DNA of 64,000 nt, taken from the NCBI GenBank assembly GCA_041611735.1, contig JBFIML010000013.1, forward strand, positions 1 to 64,000, read 5' to 3'. Each line of letters begins with the position of its first letter. Positions within the stretch are counted from its first letter, which is position 1. A program made the position numbers and the translations under genes. Under the pieces are notes generated by a model. That model ran no database searches. It saw only the letters and a program-made list of their open reading frames with translations, and was not told where the DNA came from. This stretch comes from Myxococcota bacterium. Its GTDB lineage: Bacteria > Myxococcota_A > UBA9160 > PR03. This document shows, piece by piece, positions 19,699 to 34,469 of this stretch.

Positions 19699-20232
19699 TC
19701 AGCTCCCGGTGTACGGACGACACACGCTGGCCGTGGCCTGGATCGGCCGCGCGAGATTGTCGGGGGTGGTGCCCTGGACGCGGATCTGCCAGAGCGACTT
19801 CCTCCAGACCACCTTGTCCTCGAGGGCCGTGATGAAGTCGCAGTTGGCACCGCTACCCAGGTAGTCGATGGCGTCCGCCACGGCCGGGTCCCGGCCGAAG
19901 CTCGGCTGGCCGTAGGGCCAGGAGCCCGCCTCGCCCACGGCGGTGGCGCCCGCCGGGAAGGGCGGGTTGTAGGCATCGAGGGCCGCTGCGCCCTCCAGGG
20001 CGTGGATGCTGTCCAGGTCGTTGAGGAGCGAGGCCAGGGCGGTGGACACTCCCGCCTCGCCGGCATCCAGGGCCACCCGGGCCCGGGTCTGGTAGCCCGC
20101 CACCTGACGGTCGGCGGTGACCGTCTCCAGGGCGGCGAAGCCGATGAAGGCCATCAGGACGAGCATCATCACGGTCACGAAGAGCGCGGAGCCCTCGCGG
20201 CCCCGGGTGCGTAGCGGCGCGGACGGGTCCAT
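19699..20232 (-). CDS. pilX: PilX-like minor pilin (copy A)
   Basis: G|SALFVTVMMLVLM; FAALETVT..RQVAGYQ shared with copy B. Confidence 0.8.
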   Translation of the reverse strand: MDPSAPLRTRGREGSALFVTVMMLVLMAFIGFAALETVTADRQVAGYQTRARVALDAGEAGVSTALASLLNDLDSIHALEGAAALDAYNPPFPAGATAVGEAGSWPYGQPSFGRDPAVADAIDYLGSGANCDFITALEDKVVWRKSLWQIRVQGTTPDNLARPIQATASVCRPYTGS

Positions 20233-21218
20233 CAGCTGTTCCCCACGTTGCGGACCCGCACCGTGGCGGTGTGGGTCCGGCGGTGGAAGCGGTCTGGAAC
20301 CGCAGCTCCGAGCGCGCGGTTCTCGAAGGCCTGGGGCAGCCCCTGCACGTACTCCTGGCGGGGATCCGGGTCCCGGCTCACCGCCACCAGGTTGAAGCGC
20401 ACCTCGCGCAGGTTCTGGCCGTTGGCCAGGGACGGGTCGTAGGTGGCGGTGTCGACGCCACCGGCGGCGTCCACGCCGTCGCCGTACATCTCGTCGGGGC
20501 CCAGATTGCGGTCGTCGTCGTCGTCGAAGAAGTAGGCGACCTGGAGGTCCTCGATGTCCTGCGCCAGGGCCATCCCGTCGCGCTGCAGCTGCGGGGTGGC
20601 GCCGCCCGGGGCATTGACCTGGTAGACGTGGGCCGGGATGGCCACCACGTCGGGGTTGGCGCCCACGGGTCCGATCTGGGTGCCGTTCCAGTCCACGCTG
20701 AGGGTGTTGCCCGCCAGGGCCGTGACCACGCCGCAGGCCACCCGGGCGTCGGGATCGTTGCGGTCCAGCACGATCACGCCCGCGTTGGCGGCGAAGTCCG
20801 GTCCGTCCGCGGCCACGTCGAGCCAGTTGCGGCTCAGGGTGATGGCGGCCCCATGGACCCAGCCCGGCCCCACGCCGCTCACCGGGGCGCCCAGGTTGCC
20901 GGCCGCCTCGTCCACCGGGAGCTGGTCCACGGTGCGCAGCACGTCCGTGTTGCTGACGAACAGCGTGTCGGGCCCGTTGGTGCGGTCCCAGCCGCACACC
21001 GCCGCCGCCTCGGGCACCAGGTACCCGGCCAGGCGCAGGTCCCGCTCGATCAGGTCCGCCACGATGCGGACGGTCTGCTGCGCCTCCACGGTCTGGTCCA
21101 CGATGGCGTAGGTGCGCTGCTGGGTGGTGAAGGTGCCCAGCAACCCGGCCACGACGAGGCCGAGGATCCCGACCACGATCAGGAGCTCGACGAGGGTGAA
21201 TCCTGCCGTGCGACGCAT
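20232..21218 (-). CDS. pilW: PilW-like minor pilin (copy A)
   Basis: MRRTAG|FTLVELLIVV; IERDLRLAG; LREVRFNL..RDPDPRQEY shared with copy B. Confidence 0.82.
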   Translation of the reverse strand: MRRTAGFTLVELLIVVGILGLVVAGLLGTFTTQQRTYAIVDQTVEAQQTVRIVADLIERDLRLAGYLVPEAAAVCGWDRTNGPDTLFVSNTDVLRTVDQLPVDEAAGNLGAPVSGVGPGWVHGAAITLSRNWLDVAADGPDFAANAGVIVLDRNDPDARVACGVVTALAGNTLSVDWNGTQIGPVGANPDVVAIPAHVYQVNAPGGATPQLQRDGMALAQDIEDLQVAYFFDDDDDRNLGPDEMYGDGVDAAGGVDTATYDPSLANGQNLREVRFNLVAVSRDPDPRQEYVQGLPQAFENRALGAAVPDRFHRRTHTATVRVRNVGNS

Positions 21219-21223
21219 GGCGG

Positions 21224-21712
21224 CTACCAGTTGAAGCGTGCGCTCGAGAGCGTCACGGTGGGCAGGCTCGTCCGTGTCGGCTTCGCGTTGGGGCGGTTGA
21301 CCTCCGTCCACGTCACCTCCACGTCCACGTTGAGCAGGTTCGGATCGGCGGTGGCGGCGACGCGCCAGGCCACGTTGTAGGTCTGCCCGGCCACCGGGGC
21401 GCCGGCGGGGACCTGGGGCTGCACGGTGATCTGACCGCCCGGCACCCAGGGCGGCACCTGCCAGCCCGCACCGGCTGCCGCATTGACGGTCGCCCAGGGC
21501 ATGCGCTGGATCTGCTCCATCTGGGCCCGGGCGAGACGGCTCGCGTCGCTCACGTGTTGTCCCATGGAGCCGTCGCGCAGGGCCTGGATCTGGAGCGCGG
21601 CGAGCGAGAGCAGCCCGAAGGCGAGCACCGCCAGGGCGATCATGATCTCGATCAGGGTGAAGCCGTCGCCGCGAGGCCGACGGCGAAGCAGGACGGTGGT
21701 CAGTTCAGCCAT
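21224..21712 (-). CDS. pilV: PilV-like minor pilin
   Basis: G|FTLIEIMIALAVLAFGLLSLAALQ; LARAQMEQI; VDVEVTW. Confidence 0.8.
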   Translation of the reverse strand: MAELTTVLLRRRPRGDGFTLIEIMIALAVLAFGLLSLAALQIQALRDGSMGQHVSDASRLARAQMEQIQRMPWATVNAAAGAGWQVPPWVPGGQITVQPQVPAGAPVAGQTYNVAWRVAATADPNLLNVDVEVTWTEVNRPNAKPTRTSLPTVTLSSARFNW

Positions 21713-22383
21713 TGGCCCGAAGCCCCCTGGGTCGCGTCGAACGGGTGGACGCGGGTGGCTCCCAGCGGAGAGAGCACCACCGCGTAGTCCCGGTTGGTGT
21801 TGGTCACGTACACGCCGCCGGCCCCGGAGCCGACCCCGGCCGTGACGAAGGGCGCCACGGAGAAGGCGCGCGGGATGCCGTCCGGCAGGAAGACGACCCA
21901 CTGGGCCGGGTTGTTGGCGGGATCCACGAAGGTGAAGCCGCCGAAGCCGGCGCCGCAGCAGAGCCCGAGGGGATCGGGGTCCGTGGCCGGGGGGCCCGTG
22001 ACGGCGGCCTGGGTGCTGCCCCAGTTGAGCGTCCCGGTCGGGTCCGCCAGCACCGTCACCCGGTTCTCGCCGGGATCGGCCAGTCCGTTGCCGTTGGTGT
22101 CCTGCACCATCAGGGCGGCGAGCCGGTTGCCGGCGCCGTCCAGCAGCGGATTGCCCGCCGGATCGAGCCAGAAGAACACCGGGTGATTGACGCGGGTGCG
22201 GATCGCCTCGGCGCGCGCGAGCTGCATCAGATCGGCCATGGAGCGGGTGGCGGCCCGCACGCGCAGGTCGCGCTGCCAGCGCTGGAAGCGCGGCACGGTC
22301 AGGGCCGAGAGCACCCCGATGATCGCCACCGCGACCATGAGCTCGATCATGCTGAAGCCCGCTCGTCCCCGAGCCGCACGCAT
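21700..22383 (-). CDS. FimT/FimU (GspH-like) minor pilin
   Basis: G|FSMIELMVAVAIIGVL; LARAEAIR motif; first gene of cassette A. Confidence 0.8.
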   Translation of the reverse strand: MRAARGRAGFSMIELMVAVAIIGVLSALTVPRFQRWQRDLRVRAATRSMADLMQLARAEAIRTRVNHPVFFWLDPAGNPLLDGAGNRLAALMVQDTNGNGLADPGENRVTVLADPTGTLNWGSTQAAVTGPPATDPDPLGLCCGAGFGGFTFVDPANNPAQWVVFLPDGIPRAFSVAPFVTAGVGSGAGGVYVTNTNRDYAVVLSPLGATRVHPFDATQGASGQWLN

Positions 22384-22420
22384 CGGAACCTCCCCGGGCG
22401 CCTCGCCCGCCGGCCTGGAC

Positions 22421-22436
22421 AGCAAGCCGTGTGCCA
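22421..22436 (-). promoter_or_regulatory. Sigma54 (-24/-12) promoter for cassette A
   Basis: Minus strand TGGCACACGGCTTGCT, near-consensus. Confidence 0.8.
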
Positions 22437-22444
22437 GTGATCCG

Positions 22445-22472
22445 TTTTCGGCCAAGTCCCCGTTTCGCTTGA
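22445..22472 (-). promoter_or_regulatory. Sigma28-like promoter for cassette A
   Basis: Minus strand TCAAG-N15-GCCGAAAA, 8 bp upstream of the sigma54 motif. Confidence 0.62.
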
Positions 22473-22544
22473 GGATTCGATGGATGCGCCGACTCCGTCG
22501 CTGCGCAGTGCGCTGCGGGGTCCGCAGGCGGCTGCGGGGCTCCC

Positions 22545-24032
22545 CTAGGGCCGCGCCTGGGCGGGCGTCGGGAGGACGGCGGGCAGCCGCAGGGCGAAGG
22601 CGGTGCGCGCCCCGGCCGGGGGCGGCGCCAGCTCGAGCCGGCCTCCGAGCTCCTCGGCCAGGCGCTGGGAGGTGGCCAGGCCCAGGCCGGTGCCCTCCCC
22701 GGGCGCCTTGCTGGTGAAGAAGGGGTCGAAGATGCGCTCGCGATCCTCCTCCGGGATGCCACAGCCGTGGTCGGCCACCAGGCACTCCACGGCGTCCGGG
22801 ACCCGCCGGCCCGCCGCCGCCTCCGCGCCCTCTCCATCCCGCACGTCCAGGACCGCCGGGCGCACCCGGATCTCCACCCGCGGGTCGTCGGCGTCGCGCA
22901 CCGCATCGGCGGCGTTCAGCGCCAGGTTGAGCAGGATCTGGGACACCGCGCCCGGGTCCCCGCGCACGCTCGGGAGGGCGCCTTCCTGGCGGACCTGGAA
23001 GCGCACCTTCCCGTAGCGGCGCTGGGCTTCGACCAGCGCCACGGTCTCCTCGGCCAGGGCGCGAAGATCCAGGGCCACGGCGGCGGCGCGGCGCGGAGGC
23101 CGGGAGAACTCGAGCAGCTGGCGCAGGATGCGCCGCACGCGCTCCCCCTGCTGGGCGGCCCGGGCCAGGTGCTCACGCGTTTCCGGCGCGCAGGCCGGAT
23201 CGCGGCGCGCCAGATCGAGGAAGGCGAGCTGTGCGGCCACCGGGTTGCCCACCTCGTGGGCGACTCCCGCGGCGAGCCGGCCCACGGCAGCCAGGCGCTC
23301 CGCACGGGCCAGGCCGGCCCGGGCATGGCGGAGGCTGCGGTTCGCCTCGCGCAGCTCCGCCACCACCTTCTCGAGCGCCCCGGTGCGTCGCTCGAGAGCC
23401 GCGGTCATCTGGTTGAACGCGGTGGCCACCTCCGCCGCCTCGCGAGGCCCCTCCACCGGCACCCGGTTCGCGAGCTCCCCATCGGCCACGGCCCCGGCCG
23501 CTTCGGCCAGGCGGCGGAGCGGGAGTACCACGCGACGTCGCAGCAGCGAGACCCCGAAGGCCGTGAAGATCGCCACGTCCACCAGCAGCACGATGGCCGC
23601 CGCGCCGAGGGGCGCCGCGCGCAGGCGCAGGGAGGCAGAGCGCGGCAGCCGCGCCACTGCCACCACGCCGTCGGGCTCCGCGGGAGCCCCGAAGCGAATC
23701 TCCTCCCAGGGGGCACCGGGTTGCAGCAGCGGCATGCGCCGCTCGCGCACGCTCGACGCCAGGGCGCGGGTCCTGGCATCGAGGCTGTCCGGGTCCGCGC
23801 CGGCCGGCTCCACGGAGCCGTCGGCCCGCAGGCGCCACCAGCGCGTCCCGGGGAGCAGCATGGGCTCCGGCTGGGGCGCCTGGAGCGCCTCGGCCAGCAG
23901 CGCCCGCCCCAGGACGTCGCGCAGGCGAGCCTCCCCGTGGCGGAGCAGCACTCCGGCGAGCACCGCCGTGGCCGCCAGCATGACCAGGGCCAGGCTCAGG
24001 ATCACCTCGGCCTGCAGGCCGCTGCGCCGCAC
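22545..24032 (-). CDS. HAMP-domain sensor histidine kinase (PilS2-like)
   Basis: Two TM segments, [14 protein letters not shown]-box, NLALNA, DHGCGI, FFTSK..GTGLGL. Confidence 0.88.
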   Translation of the reverse strand: MRRSGLQAEVILSLALVMLAATAVLAGVLLRHGEARLRDVLGRALLAEALQAPQPEPMLLPGTRWWRLRADGSVEPAGADPDSLDARTRALASSVRERRMPLLQPGAPWEEIRFGAPAEPDGVVAVARLPRSASLRLRAAPLGAAAIVLLVDVAIFTAFGVSLLRRRVVLPLRRLAEAAGAVADGELANRVPVEGPREAAEVATAFNQMTAALERRTGALEKVVAELREANRSLRHARAGLARAERLAAVGRLAAGVAHEVGNPVAAQLAFLDLARRDPACAPETREHLARAAQQGERVRRILRQLLEFSRPPRRAAAVALDLRALAEETVALVEAQRRYGKVRFQVRQEGALPSVRGDPGAVSQILLNLALNAADAVRDADDPRVEIRVRPAVLDVRDGEGAEAAAGRRVPDAVECLVADHGCGIPEEDRERIFDPFFTSKAPGEGTGLGLATSQRLAEELGGRLELAPPPAGARTAFALRLPAVLPTPAQARP

Positions 24033-24040
24033 GCTCGCGT

Positions 24041-27141
<3,101 letters not shown>

Positions 27142-27155
27142 GCCGGCCTCGGGGC

Positions 27156-28367
27156 CTAGCCCACCGTCTCTGCGATCTTGAAGATCGGCAGGTACATGGC
27201 GATCAGGATCGCGCCGATCGTGCCGCCCAGGAACACCATGAGCAGCGGCTCCAGCAGCGAGGTGAGTGCGGCCACCGCCTGATCCACCTCGTCCTCGTAG
27301 AAGTCGGCGATCTTGCCGAGCATGGCGTCCATGGCCCCGGTCTGCTCACCCACGGTGATCATCTGGACCACCATGCCCGGGAACACCTTCGCCGCGGAGA
27401 GCGGCTCGGCGATCGTCTTGCCCTCCGAGATGCCGGTCCGGGTGTCCCGGAGACCGGCCTCGATCACCTTGTTGCCGGCCGTCCTGGCGCAGATCTCGAG
27501 GGCATCGAGGATCGGGACGCCGCTGGCGAGCATGGTGCCGAAAGTGCGGCTGAAGCGGGCCACCGCGACCTTCTTGAGCAGCGGCCCGAAGATCGGCAGT
27601 CGCAGGGCGATGGCATCGGTCCGGAAACGGAAGCGCGGCAGCCGCTTGCGGGCCTGGGAGAAGGCCACCCAGGCCAGCACGCTCACCACGAGGAACGACA
27701 CGATGTGGGCCTGCAGGAAGTGGCTGATGCCGATCACCATCTGGGTCGGGCCCGGCAGCACACCGCCGAAGTCGCGGAACATCTTCTCGAAGACCGGGAT
27801 CACCTTCACCAGCAGCAGGGTGATCACCGCGATCGAGACCACGACCACCGCGATCGGGTAGACCATCGCGCTCTTCACCTTGCGCCGGAGAGCGTCGGCC
27901 TTCTCCAGATACGTGCCGAGGCGGTTCAGGATCGTGTCCAGGATGCCGCCCACCTCGCCGGCCGCGACCAGGTTCACGTACAGCTCGTCGAAGGCCTTGG
28001 GATGCTTGCCCAGGGCGTCCGCGAAGGTGGATCCCTGCTCCACGTCCGCCTTGACCCGGTTCAGCACGTTCTGGAACACCTTCTTCGGCTGCTGATCCGC
28101 CAGGATCTCCAGGCATTGGACGAGCGGCAGGCCCGCGTCGATCATCGTCGCGAACTGGCGAGTGAACGTCACCAGGTCTCGCGTCGCGATCCTGCCCTGG
28201 AAGAGCGTGATGCCCTCCAGCAGATCCTTCGGCTTGGTCTTCACCGCCATGGGCACGATCATCTGGGTTCGCAGCTGCGCCATCACGGCGGCCTCGCTGA
28301 CGGCCTCCATGACCCCCTTCTTGATCGATCCCTGGCGGGTACGGCCTTCCCAGGCGTAGACGGGCAT
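27156..28367 (-). CDS. pilC: Type IV pilus platform protein PilC (GspF family)
   Basis: FTRQFATMIDAGLPL, AGEVGGILD, KVKSAMVYP, AMYLPIF. Confidence 0.96.
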   Translation of the reverse strand: MPVYAWEGRTRQGSIKKGVMEAVSEAAVMAQLRTQMIVPMAVKTKPKDLLEGITLFQGRIATRDLVTFTRQFATMIDAGLPLVQCLEILADQQPKKVFQNVLNRVKADVEQGSTFADALGKHPKAFDELYVNLVAAGEVGGILDTILNRLGTYLEKADALRRKVKSAMVYPIAVVVVSIAVITLLLVKVIPVFEKMFRDFGGVLPGPTQMVIGISHFLQAHIVSFLVVSVLAWVAFSQARKRLPRFRFRTDAIALRLPIFGPLLKKVAVARFSRTFGTMLASGVPILDALEICARTAGNKVIEAGLRDTRTGISEGKTIAEPLSAAKVFPGMVVQMITVGEQTGAMDAMLGKIADFYEDEVDQAVAALTSLLEPLLMVFLGGTIGAILIAMYLPIFKIAETVG

Positions 28368-28416
28368 GCCTCACTCCCTCATCGGTTGGCAGAAGGGCTC
28401 GCGCCTCCTCCGCTCC

Positions 28417-29520
28417 TCATCGCATCCGGCCAGTCCGCCGCATCGCGGGCGGCGCGCTCCCGCCCCCGATCAGGCTGCGCAGCTCGTCGAGATCGGGGCT
28501 CCGGGCGTGCGCATCGTCCAGCGAGATCATCTTTCGCTGATAGAGGCTGGCCAGGGACTGGTTCAGCGTCTGCATGCCGAACTTGTCCTGCCCCACCTGC
28601 ATCTGCGAGTACATCTGATGGATCTTGTCCTCGCGGATCAGGTTGCGGATCGCCGCGTTCGGGACCATGAGCTCCACCGCCATGGCACGCCCGGGCCCGT
28701 TGGCCCGCGGGATCAAGGTCTGGCACAGGACGCCCTCCAGCACGAAGGAGAGCTGCGCTCGGACCTGACCCTGCTGGTAGGGCGGAAACACGTCCACGAT
28801 GCGGTTGATGGTCTGCACCGCCGAATTGGTGTGCAGCGTCGCGAGGCACAGGTGCCCGGTCTCCGAGACCGTGAGGGCCGCCTCGATGGTCTCCAGATCC
28901 CGCAGCTCGCCCACCAGGACCACGTCCGGATCCTGGCGCAGGATGTACTTCAGGGCGGTGGCGAAGTTCTTGGTGTCCGCGCCCACCTCGCGCTGGTTGA
29001 CCAGACACGCCTTGTGCGGGTGGAGGTACTCGATCGGGTCCTCGATCGTGACGATGTGCTCCTTGCGCTCGCTGTTGATGCGGTCGATCATGCTGGCGAG
29101 CGTGGTGGACTTTCCGGACCCGGTGGGGCCCGTGACCAGGATCAGCCCGCGCGGCTTCTTGGTGAGTTCCGAGACCACCTTGGGAAGCCCCAGTTCGTCC
29201 AGGCTCATGATCTTGTAGGGGATGGCCCGGAAGGCCCCGGCCACCGCACCCCGCTGCATGAAGATGTTGGCCCGGAAGCGCGACAGACCACGCACGCCGA
29301 ACGACAGGTCGAGCTCGCTGTTCTCCTCGAACTTGTGCTTCTGGGCGTCGGTCAAGATCGAGTAGCAGAGCTGCTTGGTCTCCGGCGGCCCGAGCGGCGC
29401 CATCTGCATGGGCATGAGCTTGCCGTCCACCCGGAACTGGGGCGGACTGTTGGTGGTGACGTGCAGGTCGCTCGCCCCCTTCTCGATCATCGACTTCAAG
29501 AGCTGGTGAAGGTTGGCCAT
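28417..29520 (-). CDS. pilT: Type IV pilus retraction ATPase PilT
   Basis: GPTGSGKSTT, TIEDPIE, LRQDPD, AIRNLIRE, GMQTLNQ. Confidence 0.97.
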   Translation of the reverse strand: MANLHQLLKSMIEKGASDLHVTTNSPPQFRVDGKLMPMQMAPLGPPETKQLCYSILTDAQKHKFEENSELDLSFGVRGLSRFRANIFMQRGAVAGAFRAIPYKIMSLDELGLPKVVSELTKKPRGLILVTGPTGSGKSTTLASMIDRINSERKEHIVTIEDPIEYLHPHKACLVNQREVGADTKNFATALKYILRQDPDVVLVGELRDLETIEAALTVSETGHLCLATLHTNSAVQTINRIVDVFPPYQQGQVRAQLSFVLEGVLCQTLIPRANGPGRAMAVELMVPNAAIRNLIREDKIHQMYSQMQVGQDKFGMQTLNQSLASLYQRKMISLDDAHARSPDLDELRSLIGGGSAPPAMRRTGRMR

Positions 29521-29533
29521 GCTTGCTCCGCTC

Positions 29534-31234
<1,701 letters not shown>

Positions 31235-31360
31235 CGCACTCCCTCTCCACGCCGCGGCGCGCCGCGGGCGGCCCGAGCCGCCCGGCGGCCCGAAAGCCGG
31301 GGCCGCGCGGTCGGTTGGCGGTCCGCCTGCGGGTAGGCGAAACCTGTCGATCCCGCAGGG

Positions 31361-31388
31361 TTATCGGCGGCGGGGGTTGGGATCTTTA
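31361..31388 (-). promoter_or_regulatory. Sigma28 promoter for pilB-pilT-pilC-pilS-pilR
   Basis: Minus strand TAAAG-N15-GCCGATAA with consensus boxes, overlapping the last codons of the upstream gene. Confidence 0.75.
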
Positions 31389-32437
31389 CTGGGGTCTGCG
31401 GCCGCGGCGTCCGAGAGCTCCTCGAGCCCCGTGTGGCGCACCCGGAGCACGGCCAGGCCCGCGAGCGTCACCGTCACCCAGAAGACCACGTGGACCAGGG
31501 TCCCGACCGCCACCGCCAGCTCGGGGGAGACCCCGAAGCGGGTCAGGGCCTCCCGGCAGGCGTAGTGGTAGGGCCCGAAGAAGCCGGGCGCGGAGGGGAC
31601 CGCCACGGCGATTCCGACCGCCACCAGGGTGACGTACGAGGCCGCCACCATGCGCTCGAGGCTGCCCAGGTCGACCCCGAGGGCCAGCAGCCCCACCGCA
31701 AAGGGGATGGGGGAGATCACCAGCCAGATCAGGACCGAGTGGAGCCCCACCCAGATCAGGTGGCGGCCGCCCTGGAGCGAGCCCAACCCTTCTGCGATGC
31801 GGTGGAGGAGCGCCTCCACGTTCGCGGTCACCCGCAGCGGCAGCACCAGGCCGAGCACCCTCCCGGCCAGACGGATGGTGCGGTCCGGGGCCGCCCGCAG
31901 CAGGGCCACGGCCCCCACCGGGATCGCCGCCGCCAGCGCCAGCGGCACCCCCACCGCCAGGCCCGCCTGCCCCGCGCCCGGCCCTCCCCGGACCCCGAAC
32001 AGCAGCAGCGCGAGGCCCAGGACCACCATGGCGTCCAGCACGCGCTCGAGCACCACGGTGCCGAACAGCGACGCCGCCCGCGCCCCGGTCTCCCGCGCCA
32101 GGTACCAGGCCCGCACGAACTCCCCGATGCGCAGGGGAAAGATGTTGTTGGCCATGAAGCCGACCGCGGTGGCCCGGAACAGGGGACCGTGGGAGATGGG
32201 TTGGACCGCGTCCGTCAGGTGCCGCCAGCGCAGCGCCCGCAGCCAGATCATGAGCAGGTGCAGCGGCACCGAGACGCCGACCAGCAGCAGCAGGTTCGCG
32301 CGCCGCATCTCGCGCCCGACCTCCGTGAAGGAGACGCCGCGCAGGGCGAGCCACAAGGTGAGCGCAGTGACGGCGCCCCCCACCCAGAAGCGAGCATCCC
32401 GCCACCAGGGTCGTCCCCTCCCGGATGCGCCGCTCAC
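31361..32437 (-). CDS. Lysylphosphatidylglycerol synthase TM-domain / flippase-like membrane protein
   Basis: RALRWR, GFMANNIFPLRIGEFVRA, ERVLD, PSAPGFFG motifs. Confidence 0.85.
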   Translation of the reverse strand: MSGASGRGRPWWRDARFWVGGAVTALTLWLALRGVSFTEVGREMRRANLLLLVGVSVPLHLLMIWLRALRWRHLTDAVQPISHGPLFRATAVGFMANNIFPLRIGEFVRAWYLARETGARAASLFGTVVLERVLDAMVVLGLALLLFGVRGGPGAGQAGLAVGVPLALAAAIPVGAVALLRAAPDRTIRLAGRVLGLVLPLRVTANVEALLHRIAEGLGSLQGGRHLIWVGLHSVLIWLVISPIPFAVGLLALGVDLGSLERMVAASYVTLVAVGIAVAVPSAPGFFGPYHYACREALTRFGVSPELAVAVGTLVHVVFWVTVTLAGLAVLRVRHTGLEELSDAAAADPSKDPNPRRR

Positions 32438-33372
32438 GCCTCCTCCAGGCGGCGACGGGCCTCGGCCACGTCCCGCCCGATCTGCGCCTGCAGCGCCTCG
32501 ACGCTCGGGAAACGGCGCTCCTCGCGCAGGCGCGCCAAGAAGGCCAGCTCGATGCGACGGCCGTAGAGGTCTGCCTCGAAATCGAACAGGTGCGACTCCG
32601 CCACCAACGCGTCTTGCTCGGCGAAGGTGGGACGCCGGCCGACGTTGGTCACGGAGCCGAACGGGCCGGCTGCCGGCTCCAGCAGCCGCACCCGCGTGGC
32701 GTAGACGCCGGAGGCCGGCAGGATCTCGTTCTCGAGCTCGAGGTTCGCGGTGGGGAAGCCGAGCGACCGGCCGCGGCGCGCGCCGGGCACCACACGGCCG
32801 CGCACCGTGTAGGCGCGGCCCAGCAGGCGGGCCGCCTCCGACACCTCGCCTTCCGCCAGCAGGCTGCGGATGCGCGTCGAATTGACGTCCCGCTCTCCGA
32901 TCGTGACCTCCGGGACGATGGTGACCGCGAAACCGAGTCGCGGTCCCATCTCGGTGAGCAGGCGCATCGATCCTTCCCGGTCGCGCCCGAAGTGGAAGTC
33001 GTAGCCCACGTAGACCTCCAGCGGCCGGATCCGGGCGTGGACGTGGTCGCGCACGAAGCGCTCCGGGGGCGTGCGCGCGAACTCTCGGGAGAAGTGCTCG
33101 AGGATCACCAGATCGACCCCCTGCTCCACGAGGAGCTCGAGCTTCTGCTCCACGGTCGTGAGCAGGCCCGGGGCCCGCTCCGGCTGCAGCACCTTGCGGG
33201 GATGCGGCTCGAAGGTGTACACGACCGCCTGTCCGCCCAGGGCCCGAGCCCGGGCCACGACGGTCCGCACGATGGCGAGGTGGCCCAGGTGCAACCCATC
33301 GAAATTGCCGATGGTGAGCACCGGTCGCAGGGGCGGCTTCTCCAGCGCGGCGCTACCGGCGAGCACCCGCAA
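32434..33372 (-). CDS. ribF: Bifunctional riboflavin kinase/FAD synthetase
   Basis: IGNFDGLHLGH, VGYDFHFG, SLGFPTAN, GVY, NVGRRPTF. Confidence 0.96.
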   Translation of the reverse strand: MRVLAGSAALEKPPLRPVLTIGNFDGLHLGHLAIVRTVVARARALGGQAVVYTFEPHPRKVLQPERAPGLLTTVEQKLELLVEQGVDLVILEHFSREFARTPPERFVRDHVHARIRPLEVYVGYDFHFGRDREGSMRLLTEMGPRLGFAVTIVPEVTIGERDVNSTRIRSLLAEGEVSEAARLLGRAYTVRGRVVPGARRGRSLGFPTANLELENEILPASGVYATRVRLLEPAAGPFGSVTNVGRRPTFAEQDALVAESHLFDFEADLYGRRIELAFLARLREERRFPSVEALQAQIGRDVAEARRRLEEA

Positions 33373-33389
33373 GGCTAGACTCCCCCGCC

Positions 33390-34469
33390 ATGACGATCCT
33401 GCAGCGCTACCTGCTGCGGCGCTTCCTGATCCACTTCGCCGTGGTTTTCGTGCTCTTGATCCTCGCCGTCAGCGTCGTGGACACGCTCCTGGAGCTGGAC
33501 GATCTGATGGGCGAGGCGGGCGGGGTGCGCGAGGCGCTCTGGTCCATGGCCCTCCGCGTGCCGGCCCTGCATCTCATGATCCTCATCCCGGCCACCGCCT
33601 TCGCCGCGGCCTTCGTGTCGCTGGGCATGGCGGCTCGCCGCGCCGAGATCATCGCCATGAAGGCAGGCGGGATCTCGCCCCTGCGCGTGGTCCTGCCCCT
33701 CCTGCTCGCGGCCGGCGTCGTCTCCGGGCTGGCCGGAATCCTGAACGAGACCCTGGTGGTGAGCTCGGTCCAGACCCGCCGCCAGCTCGACGGAAGCGAC
33801 CGGGGCCAGCTGACCTTCCGGCGCGGCTCCTTCTGGTACCACCGCGGCCGCTTCGTCTACAACGTACAGGACGCGGACCCCGAGGCTCGCACGCTGCGGG
33901 GGGTCGCGGTCTTCGAGCTGGATCCCCGCGGAAGGCTGGTGCGCAGCATCCACGCGGCCCGCGCCGAGATCGCCGAATCGGGCGACTGGCGACTCCTGGA
34001 CGCGAGCGTACGACGCTTCGACCCCGAGCAACCGGCGCAGCCCGTGCGCTTCGAGCGTCTGCCCGAAACCCAGCTCGCGCTGTCCGAAGAGCCCACGCTG
34101 ACCCTCCTGCAGGCGGACGTGGAAGACCTCTCGCTTCGCGACCTGCGCGACTTCCTGGAGTCGGGCTCCGCGGAGGGCCTCAGCCTGGTGCGCGCCCGCG
34201 CACTCCTGCACGAGCGCCTGACGGATCCGCTCAGCGCCTTCTTGTTCGCGCTGCTGGCCGTCCCGCTCGGGCTCCGCGTGGAGCAGACTCGCAGCCTGGC
34301 GCGACCCGCCCTCCAAGGCGTCGTCCTCCTGTTCCTCTTCTACCTGGCGCGGCAGTCCGGGGCCGAGTTCGCGCGCCAGGGCCTCGCCTCCCCGGTCGCC
34401 ACGCCCTGGCTCATCTTCGCCGCCTTCGCGGCCCTCGGCCTGTGGCGGCTGCTCCGCGTCCCGCGCTAG
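33390..34469 (+). CDS. LptF/LptG-family LPS export permease (LptG-like)
   Basis: MTILQRYL start, EIIAMKAGGISPLR, 3+3 TM with periplasmic beta-jellyroll region. Confidence 0.85.
   Translation: MTILQRYLLRRFLIHFAVVFVLLILAVSVVDTLLELDDLMGEAGGVREALWSMALRVPALHLMILIPATAFAAAFVSLGMAARRAEIIAMKAGGISPLRVVLPLLLAAGVVSGLAGILNETLVVSSVQTRRQLDGSDRGQLTFRRGSFWYHRGRFVYNVQDADPEARTLRGVAVFELDPRGRLVRSIHAARAEIAESGDWRLLDASVRRFDPEQPAQPVRFERLPETQLALSEEPTLTLLQADVEDLSLRDLRDFLESGSAEGLSLVRARALLHERLTDPLSAFLFALLAVPLGLRVEQTRSLARPALQGVVLLFLFYLARQSGAEFARQGLASPVATPWLIFAAFAALGLWRLLRVPR

Noticed and set aside
31240-31360. GC-rich hairpins in the pilB leader as a riboswitch
   Set aside because: Inverted repeats exist (CCTGCGGG/CCCGCAGG), but no riboswitch consensus is present on the coding strand; may be a terminator or chance
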